From a virus, in the IMG/VR virus record IMGVR_UViG_3300008259_000057, positions 4,572 to 68,571 of that record: 64,000 nt of DNA; one strand, 5' to 3'. Positions 1 through 9,755 of this stretch are shown piece by piece. The notes under the pieces are model-generated. The model did no database searches. It saw only the letters and a list, made by a program, of their open reading frames with translations, and had not been told where the DNA came from. A program made the position numbers and the translations under genes. Position 1 is the first letter of the stretch, and the number at the start of each line of letters is the position of its first letter.

Positions 1-244
1 TGAGAAATCAGCTTGCGCCACATATTGTGTTGTGTCAACATTCAATTTCTATGAATAAAAAATTCATCCATCTCGGATGCGAAGTAACCATCGAAGGCAA
101 TCGTGTTGCCATTAGAAAACCAGACGGAGCAAAGGTAGAAATACTCACGCTTTCGTTTATCAAGGACTATGACCGTGCAGAGGAATTTGTGCGGGAGTAT
201 ATCGACCTGAACCTCTCCGAAACCCTGACTACTGTTTAACAATA

Positions 245-499
245 ATGAACCTCAAAGAAAAACTAGACGAGCATATCGGAGACGACTATTCGATTTTGCT
301 TGCAGACGGGCTAGACGAAGCATTCATCGGCATCGGCTGGCAGTTCAACACTCCACTTGCTGTGTATGATCGTGACAAGTGTATCGAGATTTTAGAGTCG
401 CAAGGCATGACTCCAGAAGAAGCGCAAGAATATTTTTACTACAATACGCAGGGCGCGTATGTTGGTGAGCAAACCCCAATATTTCTCGAAAGAATATGA
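245..499 (+). CDS. conserved phage hypothetical protein
   Basis: 84-aa ORF with ADGLDEAFIG...EYFYYNTQGAYVGEQTP pattern typical of aquatic phage hypotheticals. Confidence 0.7.
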   Translation: MNLKEKLDEHIGDDYSILLADGLDEAFIGIGWQFNTPLAVYDRDKCIEILESQGMTPEEAQEYFYYNTQGAYVGEQTPIFLERI

Positions 500-669
500 A
501 ACCAGAAGATCAGATCAAAACCTACCTAGAAGAATCAATGCGGTTCATCGAATCTGCAATGATCTATATGACGCGTGACGATATAGGATATGCCGCCGAC
601 GAGATTGATCTAGCTAACGAGAAGCTGATGCAAGCATACGCAATCGCACGGGAGTATTCCGACCTATGA
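496..669 (+). CDS. hypothetical protein (57 aa)
   Basis: MKPEDQIKTYLEE...; ATGA overlaps with both neighbours; below ORF-track cutoff. Confidence 0.6.
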   Translation: MKPEDQIKTYLEESMRFIESAMIYMTRDDIGYAADEIDLANEKLMQAYAIAREYSDL

Positions 670-998
670 GCCACCATGATTCACAACTACTGAAAGACCT
701 GAACGAGTCCTACCGCGAACTCGCTAGGCTATCCGAAGCTCTAGCTGAGATGCGGGAGCAGAGAGATGGACTGCAAGCGGAGCTAGAAGAGAACTACATT
801 ATCTCAGGACGCAGCGCGAATCGAGAATGGAAGCTCATCACCGAGCTTAACCAAGCGAAGAAGCTGGCTGAAGACTGGGAGGAATGCGCGAATCAATTCT
901 TTTGGTGCGCTGGCAAGGACAAGACCGCAAGCTGGGAGCAGTTTGAAAAGGCTGCTACGACATACCAGTTCCTTAAGAATAAAGGCGCGGAATGCTGA
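666..998 (+). CDS. hypothetical coiled-coil protein
   Basis: 110-aa ORF coupled to neighbours. Confidence 0.6.
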   Translation: MSHHDSQLLKDLNESYRELARLSEALAEMREQRDGLQAELEENYIISGRSANREWKLITELNQAKKLAEDWEECANQFFWCAGKDKTASWEQFEKAATTYQFLKNKGAEC

Positions 999-1178
999 AG
1001 TCATACTGGGATCATTCCGGCAAGCCTTCCGTATTCGTCGTGACAGAGGATGGCAAGGAGATTTATCGCGGCCCGTTCAAGGAAGGATATGAGTTATACA
1101 GCAAAAAAATATCGCTCATGTTTAAGAATTGCCAAATAAATCAAGCCGCACTTGAAGTGCAGAACAAAACCTAAACAA

Positions 1179-1973
1179 ATGAACATACAAAAACCATTAG
1201 TTGTCGCCTACGGAGGCGGAACAAATTCAGTTGCCATGCTCTGCGGTTTCCTTGATCGCGGAATTAAACCAGACCTCATCGTATTCGCTGATACAGGAGG
1301 CGAGCTTCCGACAACTTATGCTCACATTGATTTAATGAGCGAGAAAACCAAGGAATGGTGGGGATTGGAGATTGAGAAGGTTTATGCGACCTACAAAGGA
1401 GAACGAGAGAACTTGTATGATGAATGCCACCGAAAGAAAATACTTCCTTCATTGGCTTATGGATTTAAGGCTTGCTCATTGAAGCATAAAGTTGATCCGC
1501 AGAATAAGATGATAAAGAAATGGATGAAAGATAATGGTCATTCAGAAATTATTCGTGCAATAGGATACGATGCTGGAGAAGGGCATAGGGCAATCAGCAT
1601 TGAATATGTTCAGCTTTCAAAAACTCAAAAAGCAGAAAATTGGTTCCCTCTCATTGAATGGATGTGGACACGCCGAGAGTGCATTGAAACAATCAAAGCT
1701 CATGGACTTCCCCTACCGGGCAAATCCTCCTGCTACTTCTGCCCGGCAATGAAGAATAGTGAGATACTGCGATTGAGAAATGAGTATCCAGAATACTTTG
1801 AGCGAGCGATTGCGATGGAGAAAAACATGATTGTCAAAGGCCGAGTCCGTGGATTGAATTTTGGGGTTCCGTGGAGTGAGATTGTTGAAGCGGATGATGA
1901 CCAGTTGAAACTTTTCGATTGGCTTGATAAGCATGACCCGCATCCTATACCTTGTGGTTGCTACGATGGATAA
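1179..1973 (+). CDS. PAPS reductase-family (PP-loop, Fe-S) protein
   Basis: VVAYGGGTNS PP-loop, VFADTGGE, FPLIEW, KSSCYFCP and terminal CGC. Confidence 0.8.
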   Translation: MNIQKPLVVAYGGGTNSVAMLCGFLDRGIKPDLIVFADTGGELPTTYAHIDLMSEKTKEWWGLEIEKVYATYKGERENLYDECHRKKILPSLAYGFKACSLKHKVDPQNKMIKKWMKDNGHSEIIRAIGYDAGEGHRAISIEYVQLSKTQKAENWFPLIEWMWTRRECIETIKAHGLPLPGKSSCYFCPAMKNSEILRLRNEYPEYFERAIAMEKNMIVKGRVRGLNFGVPWSEIVEADDDQLKLFDWLDKHDPHPIPCGCYDG

Positions 1974-2116
1974 TTTTGCAGGCAGTATGAGAACCGTGAC
2001 AAGCTCCTCTCCGTATTATCGGCGGACCAGAAATCCGTCCGATAAATGCGTGACCGAGCGGCGGCATATTGAAAAGGGATCGCGACCCGTTCCTGCATTT
2101 ATTTCTAAACAAAAGT

Positions 2117-2144
2117 TTGACACTACACCGAGCGAGTGTAGAGT
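2117..2144 (+). promoter_or_regulatory. sigma70-type promoter
   Basis: TTGACA-16 nt-TAGAGT. Confidence 0.6.
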
Positions 2145-2149
2145 CCATC

Positions 2150-2293
2150 TCGCTGTAGCAATACAGCCGTCTGCGTGAAGAACAGACGCAAATCAAAAGA
2201 AGTAAATTGAAAAACAAACAATACAAATCACCCACTTTCTAGCGGAATTCTTCACCGGTCATTTCGCCCGTCTTTTGCCGCTAGGAAGGGGTG
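2150..2293 (+). ncRNA. C4/CI-like structured leader RNA upstream of the replication genes
   Basis: hairpins GCTGTA-GCAA-TACAGC and CGTCTG-CGTGAAGAA-CAGACG; the second loop is complementary to TTCTTCAC (2248-2255) inside a long downstream stem-loop (2229-2293). Confidence 0.5.
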
Positions 2294-2306
2294 GCCCCTC
2301 CAAAAT

Positions 2307-2588
2307 ATGAAATATACCTGTTGTCCCGTAGTGTCGAAAGGAGGGATTCTTGTGAGTAGAGCAATACTGAAAGCTAGAATCCTCAATTCTCGTGACAAAT
2401 TTTTACTAGCTTACATTGAGAACTGCGATGATGGATGCAGCGTCAGCAATGAATACTTAGCAGAGTTATTGGATTGCTCGGAAACTCAAGTTTCAAATGC
2501 CATCCACATTCTTTCGTTTCTAAAGTTTGTCGTAGTCAGAGATGGCAAGATGTATGTCAACCCTCACTCGGAGGCATGGGGTAAATGA
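2307..2588 (+). CDS. HTH DNA-binding protein
   Basis: SNEYLAELLDCSETQVSNAI helix-turn-helix. Confidence 0.65.
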   Translation: MKYTCCPVVSKGGILVSRAILKARILNSRDKFLLAYIENCDDGCSVSNEYLAELLDCSETQVSNAIHILSFLKFVVVRDGKMYVNPHSEAWGK

Positions 2589-3433
2589 GTAAGAATATTT
2601 TTCGTCAGAAAAGAACAAGGAACTTTACCGTTGTTCCAAACGAGTTCCTGCATTCAAGAACGCTTTCGTTTAAGTCTAAAGGTATCCTGACATATCTATT
2701 GTCACTGCCTTCCGACTGGGAGCTTCATGTATCGCACTTGGCTACCATTTCAACGGATGGTCGAGATAGTGTGTATAACGGCATTCAAGAGCTTATAGAG
2801 GCTAAATACATTTGGAGAAGGCCAAGGTCAGGAATAGAGCCGGGGGGCTGGGAGTATTTCGTTTACGATGCTCCTGAATTAGATTGCCCGTTTGGCGAAA
2901 AGCCGCATACGGAAAACCCGCATACGGAAAAGCCGGATACGGAAAATCCCGAATCGGGAAAACCCGCAACTACTAAATACTATCTTAGTAAAGAAAGAAC
3001 TAAAGGAGAACAAAGGCCTGAAGAGCAAACTGCCGATAGTGAATTTGAATCCTTCTATTCTTCCTATCCTCGGAAGGTAGCCAAACCCCAAGCAAAGAAA
3101 GCGTGGAGCAAAAACAAATGTGTATTGGCAGAAGTCCTACCGGCACTAGAGCAGCACAAGAAGACTTGGAAAGACCCGCAGTTTGTTCCCTACCCTGCGA
3201 CATGGCTGAACCAACGCAGGTGGGAGGACGAGACTATTGTTAAACAAGAGTCAAGTGTGTTTACCAAACAAGAGTCACCAGTCGAGACGATCAAGAACAA
3301 CGAGTGGGTTGATGACTTCTGGACATGGCTACACCAAGAGCAAGGCCGGACTGACATAGAGCGTGACTACCTCGGAAGCGTAGAAGATCGCTGGCTAGTC
3401 GAGTTCATCAAATCCAAGGAAGATTTATTCTAA
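2585..3433 (+). CDS. phage replication initiator (lambda O-like architecture)
   Basis: N-terminal winged HTH (NFTVVPN...LSFKSKGIL.YLLS), repeat linker, C-terminal FESFYSSYPRK...KKAW...YPATWLNQRRWED. Confidence 0.8.
   Translation: MSKNIFRQKRTRNFTVVPNEFLHSRTLSFKSKGILTYLLSLPSDWELHVSHLATISTDGRDSVYNGIQELIEAKYIWRRPRSGIEPGGWEYFVYDAPELDCPFGEKPHTENPHTEKPDTENPESGKPATTKYYLSKERTKGEQRPEEQTADSEFESFYSSYPRKVAKPQAKKAWSKNKCVLAEVLPALEQHKKTWKDPQFVPYPATWLNQRRWEDETIVKQESSVFTKQESPVETIKNNEWVDDFWTWLHQEQGRTDIERDYLGSVEDRWLVEFIKSKEDLF
2896..2970. repeat. about five 15-bp direct repeats inside the initiator gene (iteron-like origin)
   Basis: GGAAAA(C/G)CCG(C/G)ATAC units at 2896, 2911, 2926, 2941, 2956. Confidence 0.65.
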
Positions 3434-3744
3434 AAACTTTTTTAAGAATTTCTCTTGACCGAAACGAAAACCTGTCGAATTATTCAATACCTAGTGAACC
3501 CAAATACCAACCATGAAATACCACCTACAACTGACGCTCCTCTACACCAAGAGAGAGTGGCTAACACTTCAACTGATGCTCGTCCTGCTACTGGACAACA
3601 TCCTGTCCGCTATTCGCCGAGAATGATCGACAGGCTTTTCAAGCTAGAAACAATCCTTCTAGTTATCCTTTCACTATTCCTAATCGGATGCGCTTGGAAG
3701 GAAGTAACCAAACCAAACACACAAATCTGCCCACTCTGCAACAA

Positions 3745-4107
3745 ATGAAAGACACACCTGAAACAGATAAAGCTGAACGCATGGCATTCTCGCAGGAACA
3801 CATGGTTCCAACCGAGTTCGCTAGACAGTTAGAGCGTGAGAGAAACGAACTGCAAGTAATCGTGCAACAACGCCTGCTGGCTGGAGCAATCATCCACCAA
3901 AAGGCCGAAGACCTTCACAAAAAATGCGAGCAGTATGAGGCGTTCTTCGTTGATTCAAAGAAGATGCTTTACAGTTTTTCTAAAAAACTAGACCTCGCGT
4001 TGTTTGAACTAAACGAAATTGATTGGCGATTTGATTTAGAGACGCCAGCAAAAATTAACAGAAGAATTAAGAAAATAATAAAACAACTAGAACGCAAAAA
4101 TAAATGA
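3745..4107 (+). CDS. hypothetical protein (TPETD...LERER family)
   Basis: MKDTPETD...FARQLERERNE; similar motifs in the ORF at 19120-19533. Confidence 0.6.
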   Translation: MKDTPETDKAERMAFSQEHMVPTEFARQLERERNELQVIVQQRLLAGAIIHQKAEDLHKKCEQYEAFFVDSKKMLYSFSKKLDLALFELNEIDWRFDLETPAKINRRIKKIIKQLERKNK

Positions 4108-4862
4108 AAGACACAGGACATTATTACGACATCAACGGCAAAGCAGTCTTTGAAGTTCCCAACAAAAGCAAGGGCGGTATGCGCCCGACAACGCTGCGAG
4201 ATTGCAAGGCACTCGGCCTTTTTCCGAGTGTTACGACAATCTTCAAGGCATTGGCATCGCCAGAACTAGACCGCTGGAAACAACAGCAGGTTCTGATGGC
4301 AAGCCTGACTCTGCCTCGTAACCCAGACGAGAGCGACGAGGACTACTGCTCGCGCATTATGACAGATGCTTTCAAGCAAGTAGAGCAAGCGGCAGACCTC
4401 GGCACACAGATTCACAAGGCACTAGAGATGCACTTCCAAGGCGAGGCATACGACCCTGTGATGGAAGAGTATGTCGCGCCAGTTAAGAAGTGGGTCGAGC
4501 ATAACAGGGTCAAGTTCCTTCAACACGAACTGCGATTGGTCAACCCTGAAGTCGGCTACGCGGGAACGACTGACGCTCTCATCGAGAAGGACGGAGTGCT
4601 TCATGTGCTGGACTACAAGAGCCGCAAGACCAAACCAGAATACGACATCGAGCCTTGGTCGAAAGAACCAATGCAGATCGCGGCCTATGCCAAGGTCGCA
4701 GGAGCCAAGCGTGGAGTTAATCTTTATATCTCAACAACAGAACCCGGCAGGATCGGTGAAGCGTGGTATGACGAGAAGACTCTCGACTCAAACTACGAAG
4801 CCTTCACCCATGTCTGCAAGTATTGGCAGTTCGCAAACAAATACCAACCGAAAACAAAATGA
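4104..4862 (+). CDS. PD-(D/E)XK exonuclease
   Basis: PSVTTI, GTQIH, YAGTTDAL, DYKS, QIAAY; adjacent to ERF. Confidence 0.85.
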   Translation: MKDTGHYYDINGKAVFEVPNKSKGGMRPTTLRDCKALGLFPSVTTIFKALASPELDRWKQQQVLMASLTLPRNPDESDEDYCSRIMTDAFKQVEQAADLGTQIHKALEMHFQGEAYDPVMEEYVAPVKKWVEHNRVKFLQHELRLVNPEVGYAGTTDALIEKDGVLHVLDYKSRKTKPEYDIEPWSKEPMQIAAYAKVAGAKRGVNLYISTTEPGRIGEAWYDEKTLDSNYEAFTHVCKYWQFANKYQPKTK

Positions 4863-5167
4863 CAAAAGAACAAGCACTTCTGGAGCAGATGGACGAGATC
4901 ATGGACTCTTTCGAGTTCGACAAGGTTGCTTCAGTAATGCAGCACCTCAACTGGGAATGGAAAGACGCTGGAGTCCCAGATGAATACGAAATTCGCAAGT
5001 CAGCAAGGCGCACGATCAAGTCTGCCATCGAATGCAACGGGTATTCAGGCACAGGCGGATTCACCGCAGTCGTTGACGACAACCCAGAGGAAGGATGGGT
5101 TCGATTGAACCTGTATTTCGGATTCGACACGATCCATGATGGCGTTGAATACGAAAAAAAATCTTAA
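4859..5167 (+). CDS. hypothetical protein
   Basis: MTKEQALLEQMDEIMDSFEFDKV...; ATGA overlap. Confidence 0.65.
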   Translation: MTKEQALLEQMDEIMDSFEFDKVASVMQHLNWEWKDAGVPDEYEIRKSARRTIKSAIECNGYSGTGGFTAVVDDNPEEGWVRLNLYFGFDTIHDGVEYEKKS

Positions 5168-5174
5168 AATAATT

Positions 5175-5202
5175 TTGACACAACCGAAAAACCTAGTAGA
5201 AT
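5175..5202 (+). promoter_or_regulatory. sigma70-type promoter, near-leaderless
   Basis: TTGACA-16 nt-TAGAAT, 9 nt before the erf ATG. Confidence 0.7.
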
Positions 5203-5211
5203 TATAGCCCA

Positions 5212-5946
5212 ATGAACACACAATCTGACAACATCGACGCCCTAGCAGCCGCACTGGCAAAGGCGCAGTCTGAAATGGGAAGCGTCCACAAAGATGCAGC
5301 AAATCCTTATTTCCGCTCCGCCTACTCCAGCTTGGCGAATGTATGGGAGACAGTAAAGCCATCGCTCACCAAGAACGGACTAAGCATCGTTCAACTTCCA
5401 AGCTCCGACGAGCGCGGATACTTCGTGCAAACACAACTCATGCACTCATCGGGTCAATGGATTCGTTCCTCCACCTACATGAAACCTGCAAAGGAAGACC
5501 CACAAGGGATCGGCAGTCTCATCTCGTATGCTCGCCGCTACGCTTTAATGGCAATGGTCATGGCCTGCCCAGATGATGACGATGGCGAGGCAGCAATGGG
5601 TAGGAATAACAACGCTCCACAAAAGCCCGTAGAATCGCCGAAGCCTGCCGTTAAGGTAGAGCCAGCCAAGCCAGTAGAAAAGCCAGCTACAGAGACTCCT
5701 AAGGCAAAAGAAACGGCATCCAAATTCAACGGAGAGAATCACCAAGCGTTATTCCAAGAATTGATGAGGGCTGGATACACTCCCGAAGAGTTTATCGGCG
5801 CCTGTCACTTCGCTAAAGACGAGCGCATTCCAGCAAAGGCTAAAGACTTTTACAAGATGTCAGACAACACGGCATCTCTATTCCTCTTCGATGGCATCGA
5901 CGCCATCAAGAAAAACATCATAGCTTACAAGGCTATCGCAGAATAA
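5212..5946 (+). CDS. erf: ERF-family ssDNA annealing protein
   Basis: NPYFRSAYSSL, T.LMHSSGQW, DPQGIGSLISYARRYAL, DDDG. Confidence 0.9.
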   Translation: MNTQSDNIDALAAALAKAQSEMGSVHKDAANPYFRSAYSSLANVWETVKPSLTKNGLSIVQLPSSDERGYFVQTQLMHSSGQWIRSSTYMKPAKEDPQGIGSLISYARRYALMAMVMACPDDDDGEAAMGRNNNAPQKPVESPKPAVKVEPAKPVEKPATETPKAKETASKFNGENHQALFQELMRAGYTPEEFIGACHFAKDERIPAKAKDFYKMSDNTASLFLFDGIDAIKKNIIAYKAIAE

Positions 5947-5965
5947 CACCAACCAAATCAATAAT

Positions 5966-6157
5966 ATGGCTAAAGAAAACAGCGGATTCCTCAGTAAAAA
6001 CAAATACAAAAAAGAGGAGAAACACCCAGATGTGAAGGGTAAAATCAATGTCAACGGCAAGGACTACGAGATTGCTGGCTGGCAAAAGACTAACGAGCAG
6101 GGTTCCTACTACTCGCTCAAAGTTTCCGAACCTCGCGTTAAAGAGGAAGCATTCTAA
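5966..6157 (+). CDS. small ssDNA-binding-like protein (DUF736-like)
   Basis: HPDVKGKINVNGKDYEIAGW...YYSL, downstream of erf. Confidence 0.6.
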   Translation: MAKENSGFLSKNKYKKEEKHPDVKGKINVNGKDYEIAGWQKTNEQGSYYSLKVSEPRVKEEAF

Positions 6158-6227
6158 TTTGTCATAGGCGACAGGAGGGGGCTGGTTTTTCATGGTTCCC
6201 CAGCCTCCTCCAACTCCTACAAACTAT

Positions 6228-6473
6228 ATGGAATACCTAGTCCTGACCAAGCCGCTCAACAAAGAGCATTACGACTTCGCCAAGTTCTTTCGTGACGAGG
6301 ATGAAGTAGTCGAATACATTCGCGCAACTCCGCACGAAGGGTTCCAACGGGACATTAGGGTTATTTCTGGAGACAACTGCAAACAGACAACAGACTTCGA
6401 CGACGAAGATTTGCTGGATACCTATGTTGAGCTAACGGCTATCGCCGAACACACAAATGAAGAAGTTGAATAA
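6228..6473 (+). CDS. hypothetical acidic protein
   Basis: ORF from ATG 6228. Confidence 0.5.
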   Translation: MEYLVLTKPLNKEHYDFAKFFRDEDEVVEYIRATPHEGFQRDIRVISGDNCKQTTDFDDEDLLDTYVELTAIAEHTNEEVE

Positions 6474-6612
6474 CAACAATACTTTCCTTGGACTTTACCT
6501 TCCTGCTACCTGCAAGAAGAAGCTGGAGACTCTCGCAAAGTCCCAGCAACGATCAGTTTCCGGCCTTGTTCGCGTTATTGTCGAACAATACCTGAATAAA
6601 AAACTAAAATAA
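6457..6612 (+). CDS. ribbon-helix-helix DNA-binding protein (51 aa)
   Basis: TFLGLYLPATCKKKLETLAKSQQRSVSGLVRVIVEQYL fits the CopG/Arc pattern; not in ORF track. Confidence 0.7.
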   Translation: MKKLNNNNTFLGLYLPATCKKKLETLAKSQQRSVSGLVRVIVEQYLNKKLK

Positions 6613-6625
6613 AACCTAAATACCT

Positions 6626-7690
6626 ATGACACAAACACTCAAGGGGTCATTCAATACCCCAAAAGGCATGATCACTCGCATGGATTTGGCAGAAATGCTG
6701 TCCATTAAGCACAAGACTGATGTAAAGACGGCACTCAAACTCATCAAGTGCTGTGAGCAGGACGACGAGATCGACGAGGATAGTCCGGCAAACCACTTTG
6801 AATTGCTGGAAGAAGCCTGCGCTATCCTTGCTTTTGATCGAGGTGAGATAGACGCAAAGGAACTGAAGTTCTCCATAGTTAAAGCAGAAGCACAACTCGG
6901 CACAGAGCAGAGCATCCTTGAGGCAGCCGTTAATACAGGTATGCACAATGGATATACTGCCCTCGCAGAGAAGTATGATTTTGCTAACCTAACGCAGTTC
7001 GTTCCGAAGGCTGGTGTTATCCCTTGCCCAGAGGATTACGCTGCCGCTATCGGACTCGGTGTGGATATGTCTAGCAAGGGAATGTGGATCGCTGGTGAGG
7101 GTATCAGACACCTTTACGCACTCGGTTTCGAGAATGTCGTCACACAGATCGCCGCATCTCTCAAGCTGTCTTACTCTCATGTGTCCGGCTGGCATCGTGC
7201 AGCCCAGCGTGTGCCTCTCAAGTATCGCGCCGAGATTTCCCCAACCGTAGCAGTTGAGATTGCCTGCTCTAAATACTCTGACGACGAAGCGGCCAACAAC
7301 AAGAAGGTTATCGAGTTAGTCGAGCAAGCCTGTAAGGAAGGCTGGACTGCACTAGAAGCTCGCAGCCATGTGCGTATGGAACAGGGCAAGGAACCGCTTG
7401 CAAAGACTCCTAAAGGCGCGAACTCATGGGTAGGAGACATGGGCGGAACAGACGAACTGCTAATCCTCGCTAGTCAATGGAGCATCGGTGGAGGAGCGGG
7501 AGAGTTGGATCAATACCACTTCATCGGGAAACTGGTGAAGATTTTCAACCGCTTGAAAGTTGAAACGCAATCCACGATCCGCCTCATCATCAATGACCGC
7601 ATGAAACAGCATCACAAGTTGGAAGAGTCCGGCCAAGCTGGACTGTTCGACGAAGACACAATGCAAGACCTGATCAAAATCGCTAAATAA
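6626..7690 (+). CDS. hypothetical protein (354 aa)
   Basis: long ORF with phage-like codon usage; no recognised family. Confidence 0.7.
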   Translation: MTQTLKGSFNTPKGMITRMDLAEMLSIKHKTDVKTALKLIKCCEQDDEIDEDSPANHFELLEEACAILAFDRGEIDAKELKFSIVKAEAQLGTEQSILEAAVNTGMHNGYTALAEKYDFANLTQFVPKAGVIPCPEDYAAAIGLGVDMSSKGMWIAGEGIRHLYALGFENVVTQIAASLKLSYSHVSGWHRAAQRVPLKYRAEISPTVAVEIACSKYSDDEAANNKKVIELVEQACKEGWTALEARSHVRMEQGKEPLAKTPKGANSWVGDMGGTDELLILASQWSIGGGAGELDQYHFIGKLVKIFNRLKVETQSTIRLIINDRMKQHHKLEESGQAGLFDEDTMQDLIKIAK

Positions 7691-7691
7691 T

Positions 7692-7964
7692 ATGGAACAA
7701 GAAAATCAAATCGTATCTCTCAAGGAGATCGCAGACGGCATTCAGAAAACAATCGACCTCAACGACAGCAATCTTGAGGATAAGGACGGAACACCACTAG
7801 GCTTCCAGTTCCCGAAGCAGATCGTCGAGAAGCTGGACGAGGCTCGCTTTCTTTGTCTCTTGACTGATGCTTACCTAACGACATTCGGTGAGTTCTTTGA
7901 AGGTGACATGAGCATTACGGCATTCCTTGAGAAGCTGGACAAAGCTAAAGCCGCTTTGAAATAA
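7692..7964 (+). CDS. hypothetical protein
   Basis: 90-aa coupled ORF. Confidence 0.6.
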   Translation: MEQENQIVSLKEIADGIQKTIDLNDSNLEDKDGTPLGFQFPKQIVEKLDEARFLCLLTDAYLTTFGEFFEGDMSITAFLEKLDKAKAALK

Positions 7965-8581
7965 TGCACTACACGCAGAACGCTTCTGTTCCGCAACACA
8001 TTTACGGGTATGTACAGAAGGATATTCTGCATGGGCTGACAGGCGTGAAGGGCTACGAGCCTTGCGTCATTACAGGCATCACCTCGGTTCCGAGTAGAGC
8101 ATTCTACTTCTCCATCTTGTGTGAGTCTGGAGCGCAATGGGCAAGGATACCGATCCACTACCTGCATCACGAAAAGCCAGACCCCGAACGGCAATGGTTC
8201 TGGCAGGCACATGACCTTCAGTTGTGGGATGCAATGGGCTGGGAGTTCTCGGTTGTGCAATACAACTACTTCCGAGAGATGGCTTGCACATTCAGAACTA
8301 GATCAGGCAAGGACATTCCTGCGAGGTATTGGTTTACATTAGATCACACAGACAACGGCTTCTCGCTTTGTCCGAGTCAGCACAAATGTTATCACATTCT
8401 GCTATTAGATGACGGGTCTGGACAGATCGCGGCCATGCCGAACAATCGTATAGTCTGGAATGATCCATCGTTTTGCCGTGGAGAGTTGCCGAGATACAAG
8501 GTGATGCCGAATAAGACTTGGCATTGCGAGAGATTTGATTTAGAAAATCCTCAAGATACAGCTATTACACAAGATGCCTAA
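7964..8581 (+). CDS. conserved phage hypothetical protein
   Basis: GAQWARIPIH, LQLWD, QHKC, AAMPNNRI motifs. Confidence 0.65.
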   Translation: MHYTQNASVPQHIYGYVQKDILHGLTGVKGYEPCVITGITSVPSRAFYFSILCESGAQWARIPIHYLHHEKPDPERQWFWQAHDLQLWDAMGWEFSVVQYNYFREMACTFRTRSGKDIPARYWFTLDHTDNGFSLCPSQHKCYHILLLDDGSGQIAAMPNNRIVWNDPSFCRGELPRYKVMPNKTWHCERFDLENPQDTAITQDA

Positions 8582-9077
8582 ACGAAAGAACGGAGAACTG
8601 ACAGAAGGAGAGAAGCGTTACTGCATGGAGCGAGTCCGAGGCAAGTCGCTCGCTAAAGCGTACGAGGCATCTGGATATGCCGCAACACACAGCAAGTATG
8701 CGGCAATTCGTGGTGCGAAGATAGAGAACAGACCCCATGTCCAGAAGTATATGGAGGAACTGAAAGAGTCCGTATGGGTGCAGAATGCAATGTCGATTGC
8801 CGAGAAGCGTTCCCTGCTTGCAGATGTGGCAAGAGCAAAGCCAGCAGACATTACCGAGGAGTCTCCAATCGCTAGTCTTTCCGTTGATGGTGAGGGCAAT
8901 CGCAGTCTGCAAGGCCCGAAGGTTGGAGATAAGCTGAAGGCAATCGAGTTGGATAGCAGGCTTTCTGGCGAGCTATCTGGTGATGATTCCAAGAACCAAG
9001 TTTTGATTCAGTTAGTCAATGATAGGCTGGAAATCCCTAGCCTAGACGCGAAGGAGGTGAATCACATTGAAGAGTAA
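8574..9077 (+). CDS. terS: terminase small subunit
   Basis: LTEGEKRYC...KAYEASGY...VQKYMEEL...DKLKAIEL, TerS-like. Confidence 0.7.
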   Translation: MPKRKNGELTEGEKRYCMERVRGKSLAKAYEASGYAATHSKYAAIRGAKIENRPHVQKYMEELKESVWVQNAMSIAEKRSLLADVARAKPADITEESPIASLSVDGEGNRSLQGPKVGDKLKAIELDSRLSGELSGDDSKNQVLIQLVNDRLEIPSLDAKEVNHIEE

Positions 9078-9216
9078 AGGTTTGTATGCTGCGATCCACG
9101 CCAAGCAGGAGCGCATTAAAGCAGGTTCCGGTGAGCGTATGCGTAAGATTGGAAGCAAAGGCGCCCCAACAGCAAAGGCATTTAAGCAATCCGCCAAGAC
9201 AGCAAAAAAGGGCTAG
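9067..9216 (+). CDS. small basic phage protein
   Basis: KGLYAAIHAKQERIKAGSGERMRK.GSKGAPTAKAF, a recurring phage peptide; TTG start. Confidence 0.65.
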   Translation: MKSKGLYAAIHAKQERIKAGSGERMRKIGSKGAPTAKAFKQSAKTAKKG

Positions 9217-9236
9217 GTAATCCTAGCCCCGTTTTG
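9203..9236. terminator. bidirectional intrinsic terminator
   Basis: A-tract, GGGCTAGG-TAAT-CCTAGCCC, T-tract, between convergent operons. Confidence 0.7.
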
Positions 9237-9570
9237 CAGAGTGTTGTTTTATTGTTCAACAAGCATTCGCGTAGTTCCTCAATAAGCGAATGACTCGTTG
9301 CGCTTCCGTGTTCGTGTAGTGCCAGATGTTCCCAACTGGCAGACCAACCTGCGTCTTGAGCTTAACGATTAGCTCAAGCTGGCGTTTCGATGCGGTCTTG
9401 CTTTCGGATTCGTGTGAAAACATTGTCTCCTCCTTTCCGTTTGAAGGCCAGCACCCGTCCGTCTTCAGTAAGGATGCAGCAGTTGTCGATTATGTTCTCG
9501 CACCCGTAAATTTCGGCGAGTGTTAAAGAATCAAAGGCGCGATTCTCGTAGGTTGTTGATAAGATAACCA

Positions 9571-9732
9571 TTACTTCGATCCTTTCTTCTTCGCTAACTT
9601 CTTCGGTTGTTGTGCTTTTGGATACACGGATGACATGAATTTCGGCGGGTTCTGATTTTCGCAAGAGCGAATGATTCGGATATAAGCCTCTGGCGGGAGG
9701 CAGGTCTGATATGTTTTTTCTAGTGCGCTCAT
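9571..9732 (-). CDS. small early hypothetical protein
   Basis: MSALEKTYQ... after ACACAACAAA leader. Confidence 0.5.
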   Translation of the reverse strand: MSALEKTYQTCLPPEAYIRIIRSCENQNPPKFMSSVYPKAQQPKKLAKKKGSK

Positions 9733-9755
9733 TTTGTTGTGTGTTTTTGTTTGAT

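Noticed and set aside
4104-4862. Cas4 / CRISPR adaptation gene
   Set aside because: No Fe-S cysteine set; exonuclease-ERF context indicates recombination
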